In this document: one piece after another, positions 51,757-63,467 of the stretch
Position numbering within the stretch: position 1 is the first letter of the stretch
Layout: every line of letters starts with the position of its first letter
NCBI GenBank assembly: GCA_037447605.1
Contig: CM074806.1
Span: 1,736,001 to 1,800,000, forward strand
Length of the DNA: 64,000 bases
Source of the DNA: Zygnema circumcarinatum SAG 698-1b
Lineage: Eukaryota > Plantae > Zygnematophyceae
Reading direction: 5' to 3'
Program-made: the position numbers and the translations under genes
The notes under the pieces: generated by a model
Databases searched by the model: none
What the model was told of the DNA's origin: nothing
What the model saw: the letters and a program-made list of their open reading frames with translations, nothing else

Positions 51757-52425
51757 TTCAGACTGAGAAGTATGCAAGGGAATAGAACACACACTGAGAA
51801 ACCGTTGGAGAAAGCACTAAGCCTAAAACTCCATTAAGAATAAATGAGATGGTTACAAGTGATAAGTCTGGCACACAGCCTTACTCTATCATCTAAACCC
51901 TTCTNNNNNNNNNNTAACCTAGCTCCTACCTCCTCCATACAGCCTACACAAGGCCTGTTGCACACAACAAAGGGAGAAGATACATCTTAAGCTAAGCACT
52001 AAACACTATAAATGCCTAAGCGCCAAAGGGAGCCGCAGCTCCTCATTCGGCCGCACTCCCACCGCTCCAATAAGTCTCCTCCATGTTTGCCGCTCCTTGC
52101 TCGCCTCGACGCCCGCCCTTGCCCTCGTCCTCTGCTTGCTGGCTGCTCGGCTGGCCATGTCCGCCGCCCGGTGAGCCCGGGAGCTCGTCCTCCTCTGCGC
52201 TGCCTCCTTGCAGTCTCTGCCTCCTGCCTCCATCCTCCAGCAGGCCTGTAACCCTAATTGCCACGTGGTAGTCCTAGATTGGCTGCCCCAATTGGCGCAG
52301 CCAACCGGTGGCATCCCGTGCTACCCGCCAAACAATAAGCGTACTATTCATTTCACATGACCGTACATCCGTACATATTGACCAAATCCCATAATGTCGG
52401 CTGTACGGAGGTCCATACACCGACA
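51705..52425 (-). repeat. 5' LTR (~734 bp once the 10-N gap is filled with 23 nt from the other LTR)
   Basis: Starts TGTCGG on the minus strand at 52425, ends CTAACA at 51705, and is immediately followed by the PBS. Confidence 0.93.
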
Positions 52426-52598
52426 ATTTTCCCATGGTTCCGAACCATTGCCAACGGTTGCTCAGTCGCGAATGGTTCGCAGCCATTACAATGGATGGTT
52501 GCAACCAGTGAATCCAGATATCCAAAGGTTGATTGGGTCGCGAATCAATGGTTAGTTGCAACCATCCAACGGTTTGAGCTGTGCATTGTTTCATCACA
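52426..52598 (+). repeat. 173-bp direct repeat, right copy; begins exactly at the right LTR terminus
   Basis: Identical to 47043-47215. Confidence 0.95.
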
Positions 52599-52949
52599 TG
52601 TATTCGCGCGCAACGCAAGATGTTTTGTCGAGGCGAGGGAGCGCTCGCCCGAACTACATTTTCGGGCAGGCACGCAATTAATCTTGGTCCGGTGTTCCTT
52701 AAAAAAAAAAAAAAATGTGCTTCGAGTAAATCTTGACTCCCGTCCACGTTCGTTTGACAGGTTCTTTTGCAGCGCCCTCAACAATTGACGCTTTGTTGAC
52801 CCGATTTGACTTTCTCAGTACATATTGTATGGTTAATGTTTGTATAATCTGGAAGACAGTGACCCGCGGTTGGAGTCTTTTCATAACATGGCTCGCTCAA
52901 ACGGTGCAGTGCAGAACAGCGGTTCATGGGAGATCTAGGAGAGGGCGAG

Positions 52950-53120
52950 CAGTGGCGGACCTGCATGGACAAGTTGGGGGAGCCTAACCCACCCCCAGAT
53001 TTTGAAAAACCAACTTTATTTTTATCATTGTTGTTTGTATTTTTTATTTTATTTTATGTATGTACTTACTGTTGACAGGGGCTTAGGCCCCCCTCAGCAA
53101 TATTCTTGGATCAGCCATTG
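52950..53120. mobile_element. Small MITE-like element with degenerate TIRs and an AT-rich core
   Basis: CAGTGGCGGACC ... GGATCAGCCATTG (reverse complement CAATGGCTGATCC), with subterminal GGGG..CCCC palindromes. No TSD is evident. Confidence 0.55.
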
Positions 53121-53758
53121 CTGAAAACAATCGTTTTTGTTTATTTCTAATTAGTTTTTGTAGTTGTGCGCTCCCTTCCATCGGTTTTTTAACCGTCGTA
53201 TGTCTTTATTTCTCGACGCTCTTTTTTCTTTTTAGTTTCCTAGTCGAGTGCTTTTGTTTAATTTCGGATTTTCTTTGATTTTTCACAGGCTTCTAAATAT
53301 TTCCACCGCAATATACCAGATTTTCTACGCGGGCCTCTGTACTTTGGAGGCAATATATTTATATTCATCTGTAATTCAAGCACAAAATTGAAAAAGATAA
53401 TGAAAGAGAAAATGGAGGGAACGAGAGGATAAAGGCTTTAATTCAATGATTGGTTGAATCATCAGAACCCCCAAAGGAATCTCTTCCTTTTTTAGCTTGG
53501 AAGCGCCACTTTCCTCGAATGCAGAAAAATATGATGAGGAGGTCATCTCATCTCTCCTCTTTTCTGTCAGTGAGAGAAGAGGAGCACTCTATGCGAGTAC
53601 ACTGAAAATATTATGCGCACACTTCAACGTCCCGTAATAAACTGTCGAACACTAAAGCTTATACCAAAGCAGAGGAGCTGACAGACTGCCTGTCAGCGAC
53701 CGTAGAAGCACGGCCGCCTTGCATGCAGGGCCATGCAAAGCGGCCGACGGCCCCTCGA

Positions 53759-54214
53759 GTACCGAACCGTACGGCAGTACAGAGTCTACCGTACACTTTA
53801 CTCTACACTACAGTACTGTACAGACCGGCGGCGTCCGTCCGTCCGTCCGTCCGTCCCTTGGCCCATAGACACTGCTGGAGGCCTACCGCAAACCCTGAAC
53901 CCCAACCTAAAGTCGCTCTGCCTCCGGTCTCTCTCCCGGCGGGCGGGCGGGCGGGCCCCTCCGTCCGTACGGCGCGAGACCCGCCGTTACGGCGCGGGGT
54001 GCGGCTCCGCCTCTCTCGCGCGGCCACGCGGCGCGCAGCCCCCCGCGGTCAAGCGCGCCGCCCGGCCCCCGCCACGTGGCGCACCGCCCCGGCCCGCCAT
54101 CAAGGGGGCCCCCCCGCCCGCACATGGCCGACGCCCCGCCGTACGACTGCCGTACACAGTCGTATGATTTTCGTACGCATCGGCGCTACAGCGTTCACGT
54201 GGCGCGGGCCGTAC
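53759..54214 (+). promoter_or_regulatory. GC-rich putative promoter of the kinase with 11 GTAC cores (6 CCGTAC) and G-boxes
   Basis: Direct count of GTAC; GCCACGTGGC at about 54071-54080 and CACGTGGC at about 54196. It lies 175-630 bp upstream of the ATG at 54389. Confidence 0.45.
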
Positions 54215-54388
54215 AGATCGGCGGGCGCACTCGCAGGGGTGTGCGCGGAGCGGGGGGGGGACTGGCGGGCAGGCAAGGGGGAGGGAGAGGGGGAGGGACG
54301 GGGAGGGATAGGGGGAGGGAGTGGGGGAGAGAGTAGGGGGAGAAGGGGGAGAGGAGGCGAGGGAGGGCCGGGAGAGGTGGCGGCAGTT

Positions 54389-57300
54389 ATGGGCGGGGGT
54401 CGGGCAAGGAACGGGAAGGTGCAGGTAGAGCAGCAGATGGCGCGAGCGCGCGCAGGCATTGCGGACACCATTGGCGCCATGGTGGGCAGGCTGGCGGGGG
54501 GGCGGGCGCGCAGCAAGGCCGTGGCGGACATGGACACGATCGCGGGAAGGAAAAACGTCGCCGCGGGAGAGCTGGCAGAGGCGCCTCCCCCGGAGGTCCG
54601 CCCCCTGCTTGACTGCGGAAACGCATGTACCTCTGGGGAGGTTGGGCAGTGCATTGCTGCTGGAAGAGCAGTTTTAGTCTTGGTGGCGCATCGCAAGGGT
54701 TCTTCTTGTTTATCTTGTGCCGTCGGTTCAGCTTGGCAGTCGTTGAGCTGAGTGTGAAGAGCAGAGGCCATGGCGGACAAGGTCGTGTTACTGATAAAAT
54801 TGCCAAGCTGGAGGCATTTTAGTTTACAACCACGGCTACATTTCCCCGTGGAGCGCATGATAGCATGCGGACTGGCTGCAGCAATTGCAGTTTCATGACT
54901 GCGCATTGCATCCATGACGCGCATTGCAATGCCCGATGGTTAAATCTTGTAGCACGAGTTCGATAAACAGGTTTTGATGCTTAGATTGCACGAAGGTCGC
55001 AGATTCTCTCCGAACTTTACATTTTTCTTCATATGCACTGCACGATCTCTGCTACGCGATCAACACTGAGTGGTCAGAGTGCAGAGATATAAAGCGGTGC
55101 TCTCATTCGCATTTCCATGTCACTGCAGGATGTGGGGCGGTGTGCCGATGGAGTGCTGGAGGCCCTACCGGCCGCGGCCTTGCATGTGCGTTACTGCAGT
55201 ACCGTTTCGCATGCTGTAACTGTCAACAGACGCATGGAGACTCTGCTCGGCTTCTCAGCAACGGAACTCACCACTCTGGACGAGGTCTTCACCAATATCT
55301 TTCGGGAGAATGAAGCGGAGGTGAGGCGCTCGCGGAGTGAGTGTCAGCCTGCAGGGCAAGCCGACTTTGTTTATCTGAAATTGCTCTGCATGCACAATGT
55401 CAGCCTGAGAGAAGGCGCTGATGGGGGTGCCGATGTGCCTGTTGGCTCAGGCGAGGCACGTATATGACTCCATGCGTCAGAAGGAGTTCGAGGCTCCGCA
55501 GACAGTGCATGCGGTAAACAAGAGCGGAGAGAGGCGGTGGCTGGAGATGTCTGCGCAGACGTACGGAGGGGGCGAGCTCTTGCTCCTGCATGACGTCACA
55601 CAACGGGTTTTAGAGGCGGAAAGATTGCAATTTTTCTCGGAGCATTTTCCTGTGAGTGAACCCGCTGGCGAAAGCTGGCCTCGGTTGACCTCGCCTCTGG
55701 CCTCAAGCTGGCAGAAAGGCTATTTTTAGAGGGTCTCTTGCAAGGCCACTGAGTCCGGCCAAACTTGCAATTGAGTGGCAGTGGATTTGGGGGGCCGAGA
55801 GGGTGTGTCCAGGAGGGTGTGATGGTTTATAATGAGGGCGGCATAACGGACTGCAATGCAGCAGCGGTCACAGCTCTGAATCTCGGGAGCAAGGAGGAGG
55901 CCATTGGTCGACATTTGGCAGTTTTTGCCCCAGAGAGTCAGGCAGGTGGACAGACGTCTCGAGAGCTTTTAGACGCCATGGACAGGGAGGCAAGGCAGAA
56001 CGGCCTTCGCAGGTGCTTGTTTTCGCCATCCCTTCCTTCTTCCCTTCCCATCTGCTTCCCTCCCCTGCCAAGGATGTCATGGGGAGGTCTGGAAAGCGAT
56101 GCAATTAAGCACGAAGTGCAATCCTTGTATATACTGCCGAGAATTCAAGTGTTTGCTCCTGAAAATTCTTTAGGGGGTTGGAACGTGGCCAGATTTGAGT
56201 GGGTGCAGAGGACAGCTGAAGGGCGGGATGTCTCCGTGGAGATGACTCTTTCATGTGTGAAGCTGGAGAACTCCACCGCCATGGTTGCCACTTGGCGTGA
56301 TCTCAAGGAGGCTAAGCAGGTCAGCCTCGTAAGGGAGTGCCTGCTCTGCTACTCCCTTGAGCTCCCTCTCATGGCTGAAGTCCACCCGCTGACTGTGCTG
56401 AGCGGTGCAGCTCGAGGGGCGTGAGGGGGGAGGCAGAGAGAGGAGGAGCTGCGAGCAGCCATGGCTGCCGCGGAGGCTGCGTCCCATGCCAAGAGTCAAT
56501 TCCTGGCCAATATGAGCCACGAGATCCGCACGCCCATGAATGGTGCGTCCTGTGGGTCATTGTTACCGTTGTATAGGGGTTAAAGTGAGGGGGCCCTGTC
56601 TTGGAGGGCTCACACGGGGCAGGAGAGGGGCCGCATGCATGGCAGGCGTGATAGGTGTGGCAGAACTCCTTTTGGCCACCGACCTGACGGAAGAGCAACG
56701 GTCCTATCTTCAAATTATCCAGTCCTCGGGCGATAATCTGCTTCGCATCATTTCAGATGTCCTGGACTTGAGCAAGATAGAGGCTCAGAGTCTTGAGCTG
56801 GAATCCATTGATTTCAACATCCACAAGCAGGTACGCCATGGAAGAACGTGTGAGCAATTTGCCGGAAGAGGCCGGAAGAACTCGAGGCTCATTTTTACTA
56901 TCATCATAGTTCTTTTTGTCAATCAACTCACCTTTACACCTGCTGCATCAGCTCCTGCAATAAATTCCTCCGTGAGATTCGCATTTGGAACTGTGACAGC
57001 GTAGAACAGAGACACGTAGCATATGAAATATAAACCATGGAGAGGTTGTTAGCAGACACTCTGGCTGGTCCGGGCAGGCGTGAAGACGGCGGGTGGACCA
57101 TGGCATGGCATGGCAGGTGAACGATGCAGTGAGCCTCTTGCGTGTAGTTGCAGAGGAGAGGGGTCTCACTCTTGAGTGCTCACTCGAGCTTGACGTGCCC
57201 ACAATGGTTGTGGGCGACCCCGTGAGAGTTCGCCAAGTACTGCTCAACCTTGTCTCTAACGCCATCAAATTCACTCCCAACAGGTGCCCTCTCTCTCCCC

Positions 57301-60082
57301 GGTGCCTGCACAAACTCTCCCCTCCACGGAAAGCCCATACATCATAAAGTCCCCTTGTGCAATGGGAGCACAGTCCCGGCCCTCTTTCTGAGAGGCTCCT
57401 TCCTGCTGGGCATTGGCTGCAGTGGAAGCGTGAGCATTAGCCTGCGCCGTGCTTCGCCGGAGGAGATAAAGGAGGTGGAGGAGAAGCGGCGAGCCTCTGG
57501 GCTTCCTCCCTCCTCCTCCTCCTCCTCCTCCTCCTCCTCCTCTGCTCCGCGGGGGCAGGACGACCTCCCGCACGCCATGCTGCGCTTTGAGGTGAAGGAC
57601 ACGGGGGTCGGCATTGAGGAGGCCGCGCAGGGCCGCCTCTTTCAAGCATTCGTGCAGGTGAGCCGGCTGCAAAGTTGCAGTTGTTGTTGTTGTTGTCGTT
57701 GCAAAGTTGGGTTGCAGCTGCAAAGAAGGGAGCTACCAGTGGGGTCGCAGCCAACGCTCCTGCAGAAAGAATGGAGAAGGGATGGCAGTTGAGGCATCCA
57801 TGGAGTCTAAGATTAGCGGGATTAGCGGTTGATAAGGGGATGTCCGGGGGGAAGCATAGGGGCTTGTACAGTTTACAATGAGGCAAATGCAGGAAAAACA
57901 GGGCCATACTTGAACAGTCAAACCCGGGTGCTCCTTTTCTGCGGATGCCCTTCCATGGGGACTGCTCTGACTCCCTGGCGGATCGTCTTGCCTGTGCAGG
58001 CGGAATCTTCCACAAGCCGAAAGTACGGGGGCAGTGGATTGGGGTAAGCGTTTCTTCAAATTTTGATGCCTCAATTCCTTCTTTTGCACATCCTAGTTCT
58101 TGCATTCAGCCTACCCTCAATGTTTCCCCGGATACTATCCTCAATGACCCTGAACTTAGGGTGGTAAATAATAGGAGTCCATGCAGTTTAATATGCCTCT
58201 CGTGCTACTGCCAGTCTACAATCATGAGGGCACTAGAGTTTGTACGTGCGATAAAGTGTAGGTGAAAGCACAGGGAGAAGTTTAGAGAACAGGGGAATGT
58301 ACCTACTACTCCTTTGACAGTAATCGTTTCCATTTTCGCAAGCAGACTGAGGGCATCTGGCTGGGGTCGCAACAGCCGCGCCGCCCTACTGGTTCAGATG
58401 TGACGTAGTAAGTAGTTCATATGTCCGATAGTACTGTCGAATCAACAGCCCTAAAACACGGCTAGTGTGATTTGACGTGTCCAAAATATCAGTCCACCTC
58501 CCCACCGAAACTAATTAGTAATCACGTGAAGTTCGGAATTATTTCTTCAGGAATTTGTCCATTTTGTTCTAAAACCAATTCAAAAAGACTAGTGACTATT
58601 GTCTAAACTTGCCACCAGCACAGGCTAGCCATCTGCAAGCTGCTGGTCAACCTCATGGGCGGATACATTGGTCTCGAAAGCAAAGTGGGCGAAGGCAGCA
58701 CCTTCTTCTTTTTCTGCAACTTAGGCGTGCTTGATGGGCCGCCTCCCCCTGAGCTTCCTCTCATGCGAACACAGAGCGAAGAGCTGCGACTTGCGCTCAA
58801 AGACATTCGAGTCCTTGTTGCAGAGGTGCGTAAGAGGAGGTCGTTGTTGCCAGGAAAGTCCCCTTTGATTCGGCTCATGCAGGCCCGATAAGCTCGTGCG
58901 GTGCTGCCATAGCTGGTCTGGGCTTCAGAGTGACAGTAGTGCTGCTCGTGTGCTGCATGCAGGACAACAAGGTCAATCAGTTGGTGGCCATGCGGATGTT
59001 GCGGAACTTGGGCATCCAGTGCGACATTGTCGACGATGGGAAACAGGCAGTGAAGGCGGTGTCAGAGAAGCATTATGATCTCGTGCTCATGGTATGCAGC
59101 ATGCACCTGTCAGCCTTTTCTTTGAGGTCGCATGAAATCGGAAAATGCTTTTCCTCCCTAGCGGAGCTAAATGTGGATTGACTGGTTTATCGTTATTTTG
59201 TGAAGATCCTGGCAACTGAGTACATCTGCAAAACTGCCATGTGTCACCCTGCAGGACTGTCACATGCCCGTGGTGGATGGATATGAAGCGACAAGAATGA
59301 TTCGGCAGGAGGAGGCGAAGTTCCGCTCTGCGTCCTCGTCTCTCTTTGCAGGCCTCTCCCTTCCTTCCAGTCCAGTTCCGAGCCTGCCTGCATCTCCTCG
59401 CAGCCCTCGCTTTCCATCCACATCTGTGCCCCTAAACCGTCGCTCAGGCTTCGCTCGCCACACCTGCATTGTGGCCCTCACTGCGAGTGCCCTGAACGGA
59501 GACAGAGAGAAGTGTTTGGCTGCGGGGATGGATTCTTTCCTGTCAAAGCCCATCAGACCCAGTGACCTGCAAGATGTGATCCAAAAGCACCTCTACCATT
59601 TGGTGGAACGAGCAGGAGGCATACATCCAGCTGCTCGCACAGTGTCTCTCCCACCTGGGAACACAGACTTCAGCAATGGGGCCTTCGTGCCTGACAGCAA
59701 TGGGGCACGCGAGACTGCAGCAAGTGGCATCCGGGTTGCCCCCGGTGAAGGGGAGAAGAAGGAAAATGGCGGTCGTTTGAGCCTAACTTTGAATTCAGCA
59801 GTGCTGCCAGCCCCCAGCACGGGACAGCAGAACCTCTCCCGGCTGGGCAGCTCGTCTCTGAACTCTCCCTCCTCTTCCTCTTCGACTTCTTCCTCCTCCT
59901 CCTCCGCCCCCTCCTCAGCCTGTGACCCTGATTCTGCAGAGCTGACTCGGCGTACGGCAGCATTGGCTGCTGCTGCATCCGAGTTGGAGGTGTGGGGGAT
60001 GGAGGCTCGCCCCCCGCGTCGGCAGCAGCCTGTTTCACATCACAGGAGGGGAAAGAGTTGGGGCACGCAGGCGCCCTCCTGA
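54389..60082 (+). CDS. Soluble hybrid histidine kinase: PAS-PAS-HisKA-HATPase_c-receiver, about 13 exons
   Basis: H-box [19 protein letters not shown]-box [21 protein letters not shown]1 [10 protein letters not shown]2 YGGSGLGLAICK, and receiver VLVAEDNKVNQ / [17 protein letters not shown] / ALTASA / FLSKP. Two PAS exon groups lie at 55129-56319. The first exon (54389-54595) is inferred from splice phase and is less certain. Confidence 0.92.
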
Positions 60083-61419
60083 CAGGGGAGGGTGTGTGTA
60101 CATATGAAGCAGTCACGGCCCTTCTTGAAGGCAACCTTGGCGTTGGCAACAGCCAGCCCGTTTCACGGTCCTTGCTTCAGTCGGGCTTTCGTCTTGCCCT
60201 GACGCCAAGGAAGGCGTCGCGGCAATAAGGAATTCTGGCAATAACGGTGCACCAATCTCTCCTTGGTTTACAGTTATCCTCGGCCTACCGGGAATAGCTC
60301 CTGGTCCTTGTGTACAACATGCTCGTGCACAACAGGCCTTTATTTTCGAATCTCACTCCGAATCTTCAAGCTGCTGGAGCTGGAAAAGCGAGGGAGGATT
60401 CTTGTACAATCGCTTGCCTTCGGGCTCTATGAGACATTCGGGCTTCAACCCAACGAAGTGGTCGGAGAAAAGTACGCTCAAGATCATGAGCAGGGCTGTA
60501 CGGAACCCTGAGATGCGCCGCACAACTAAGCCTTTCCCAGAGACTCGCTAATCTTTAGGATTACGTCTGTCGTATTCTTTATTTACCAGATTTATCGATT
60601 GTCACCATTTTTCTCTTCTATGCTATTAGTAAAATAGCTGAGTCAGTGCCAGGTTTATGCATCCGTTAGCCGAAGGCTGATTAATTTGTATCAGTGTCCT
60701 TTCAGCACCCTCCCAATCTATTCTTCGTCTATTATTTCTAGAGGAAAAATCAGAAATCAGAAGCACCTCTCTTTTTTTCGGCATCACTCAAGTGAGGCGA
60801 GGCCATTTCATTTCCAATGTTTCAATTTCAATTTCATATCCATATCATTTTTAATTTTTATTGTCATTTCATTCATTTTGGAGGGTTGGAATCATTTGCC
60901 TCACAGTGGTCTTCATTCACTTTTCTCATTTCCTGCTTCCAGTGCTGCCTTTGTACCAATGCACAGATATCTGTGCAAACTCTCCGCTGTGAGCGTGGCT
61001 TGTTTGAATGTTTAAGGGCAGTGCGTGGAGGCTCACAGTTTCCAGAGGAGAAATCTTAGTGTGACATGGTCGGCAGACCTCCAGCCTGCACGTGATGTGC
61101 TGTGGAACGGCGACTCGACCATTTCGTGAAGTGGTATTGCACAACAGTTCCACTGTGACGGAAGAAGCCCTCGGCGGCATGTGGTGCGCATCCACGGGGC
61201 TATCGATTTCAATGTGTTTCGGAACGAACAGTGGCAAATAAAGTAAGCACAGCAGGACAGGGCGGCGGGTGGTGGAGGAGCCGCAAATGTCCACACTGCA
61301 GCCGGAGGGGCACCACGCTGTGTGATCACAAGTCAACACAGGGAAGCCAACTCGAGTGTTCCAGCGAAACAGCAGTTGGTTGGCGGCAAATAGCGACACC
61401 AGCAAGCCGGCAAACCTCA

Positions 61420-61512
61420 GAGAGGGGAGAGGGAGAGAGGGNNNNNNNNNNGGGAGACGGAGAGGGAGAGGGAGAGGGAGAGGGAGAGGGAGAGGGAGAC
61501 GGAGAGGGAGAG
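61420..61512. repeat. (GAGAGG)n purine tract with a 10-N gap (61442-61451)
   Basis: Direct reading. Confidence 0.85.
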
Positions 61513-62159
61513 GAGCTACAAACAGAGAGAAGCACGCCTCACGATGCAGTATACACCCACCTCCAAAGATCTTAGAAGGATAAACAAATACAGCTGGAAG
61601 CACCTTTGAGCATGGGTTGCTGCCACCCGCAGACATATGCACAAATTTATGTTTCTCCGGGCAACCCCCGGCTGCTGCCTTACAGAGGAGCCTGGCTAGT
61701 GTTCTGCGTTTACCTTGACGCTGTACCTCACAAGTGAATACCCCTACCAAACAAAAAAAAAGACCAAACTAAGTACCAGAGTGGAGATCTATTCACTGCT
61801 AGCCAAGAGATGGAGGCCTCCAATAAATGCACGTACACAAATAGACACGCTGCATGTGCCCACGACACAACTCGCAGGTTCTGCCCTTTGTAAAAGTAAT
61901 TCCCAACTAGACGACGTTTTATGGAGCGCATTGCAATTCATCGACGTTGTAATCAGGCAAACGAAAGCCTGCGTGGGAAGACAAGGCTCCAAGCCTCGCA
62001 CAGAGATCGTGAAGAAACAAGTAGCAACCTTTTTCGACACTTACTGCAACGACGTCTCGGTCATGATTCAAGGGAAGGAGCAATACTCCAAAAATATCAT
62101 TTTTTTTTGGTCCCGAGCAATGGCAGTAGGCCAGGAACAAAGTAGGTAACCGGGAGAAA

Positions 62160-63467
62160 TCATGTCACAATTACCCGCGCCTGTGTTTCCGGTACCTGTA
62201 GCCTCAAGGCCTCCTCTGCAGCAGCAACGCGCTCTTTGAAGATTTCCCACTCATACTTGCTTCGTTCCAAAATCTGCAGCTCCAATGCAGTAGCGAACAG
62301 CTCATCTTCAGGCCACTGTTACTGTACGTGAGCTCAAAAGCACTGTTCGAACATTGATACATAGCTCACAAGTACAAAACATAGACTTAGCAGTTGACTG
62401 TGAAGCAAAGAATGGGAGGGAAAAGGGGCGGAAGGGGGGGGGGGGGGGAAGGCACGGGTAGGACTGCAACAGGATAGCGACCCTTACATCTGCAGCCAAT
62501 GTCTTTTCCGCCATAATCTCCGCCTGCACCCATCGTTTCAAGCCATACCAAACCAGTCCTTTCACCATCGTCAGACCCTGGCAATAAGAACATACTAAGG
62601 TCCCTTCATACTCCTTCCTTGCATAAAATCAGGCTTCATGAAGCGAAAAAGGCAGTGGCAGTCAAAAACGTGCTCAAGCAGTCATGTCCACTCATCCTAC
62701 TTTATGAATTCATGCAAAGAAGTTAGGTTGGAGACGCGTGTCGCTGGAGAAACAAATCACTCTACTTCGCCACATCCTACTTCTCAGTGGGAGGGGCTCA
62801 CCGGGTCAGGATTGGTGAGCTGAGGGGCGAGAATGCGAATGTACTGAGCATCAACCACGCCAACGCGCTCGTGAGCCGGTCCCTGCATCCAGACATTACT
62901 GGCAAGGTGAGAACCACCCGCAACTGCATCTTTGCTACAAGCCTGCAAGTAGCATTACCGCACCTGTGCACACTTGCCCAAAGCGAAGTCGAGTCCCCAC
63001 GCGTGCACCAAGTCATTCTGCACAGCCAAATCAACTTATTTAGAAAGGCAGCGACGGTAAGCAAACTGGTAACAGCAGCCCCATAAATTCATAGTTTCAT
63101 ATAAACCTGAATAATGTGCCAAGCGCAGCGCCAAGCTGCACGTGAAAACACCGGAACTTGGATCTCCACAAACCTGCAAACAGGCAAGAATAATATGAAG
63201 CTTTCAGTTTTACACACAATCCTGGGAGAGCACTAGCTCTGCTATGACCACCAAAATTTAAGAATGTCGTGCGCGAGTTGTGCTGCAGCAGCAACAACAA
63301 AGTTCATGGGACAACCACGCCGCCCTGCATGCAGTGCAACCGGGCCATGCATAAAATGGAGGTAGCTGCTAAGGGTTCTACGCATGCTTGCAGTGAGCCT
63401 TTCCTCACCCAGCACATGGAGGCTTCTGGTTGTCCTGACACCATCCAGGTTTCTCGTTGGCCTCCCT
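62160..63467 (-). CDS. DUF707 family protein (putative glycosyltransferase-like); 3' exons only, 5' part unresolved or beyond the window
   Basis: Exons EANEKPGWCQDNQKPPCAG | FVEIQVPVFSRAAWRCAWHIIQ | NDLVHAWGLDFALGKCAQ | GPAHERVGVVDAQYI and ILERSKYEWEIFKERVAAAEEAL...* match the DUF707 signature. Stop at 62160-62162. Confidence 0.88.

Larger units (their letters stand above)
47216..52425 (-). mobile_element. Ty1/copia LTR retrotransposon (young, mis-assembled; RT/RNaseH not present in the assembly)
   Basis: TG...CA LTR termini, tRNA-iMet PBS TGGTATCAGAGC at 51703-51692, and a gag-PR-IN ORF. The LTRs differ at 2 positions over the ~400 comparable bp. Three internal 10-N gaps. Confidence 0.96.

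Noticed and set aside
53723-54924. Long overlapping GC-rich ORFs (342 aa plus strand, 274 aa minus strand) as independent genes
   Set aside because: No recognisable domain, and stops are scarce in GC-rich DNA. Only 54389-54595 is retained, as the probable first kinase exon.
60926-61750. 274-aa minus-strand ORF
   Set aside because: It spans a (CTCTCC)n tract and an N gap, has no homology signal, and is probably 3' UTR or intergenic.
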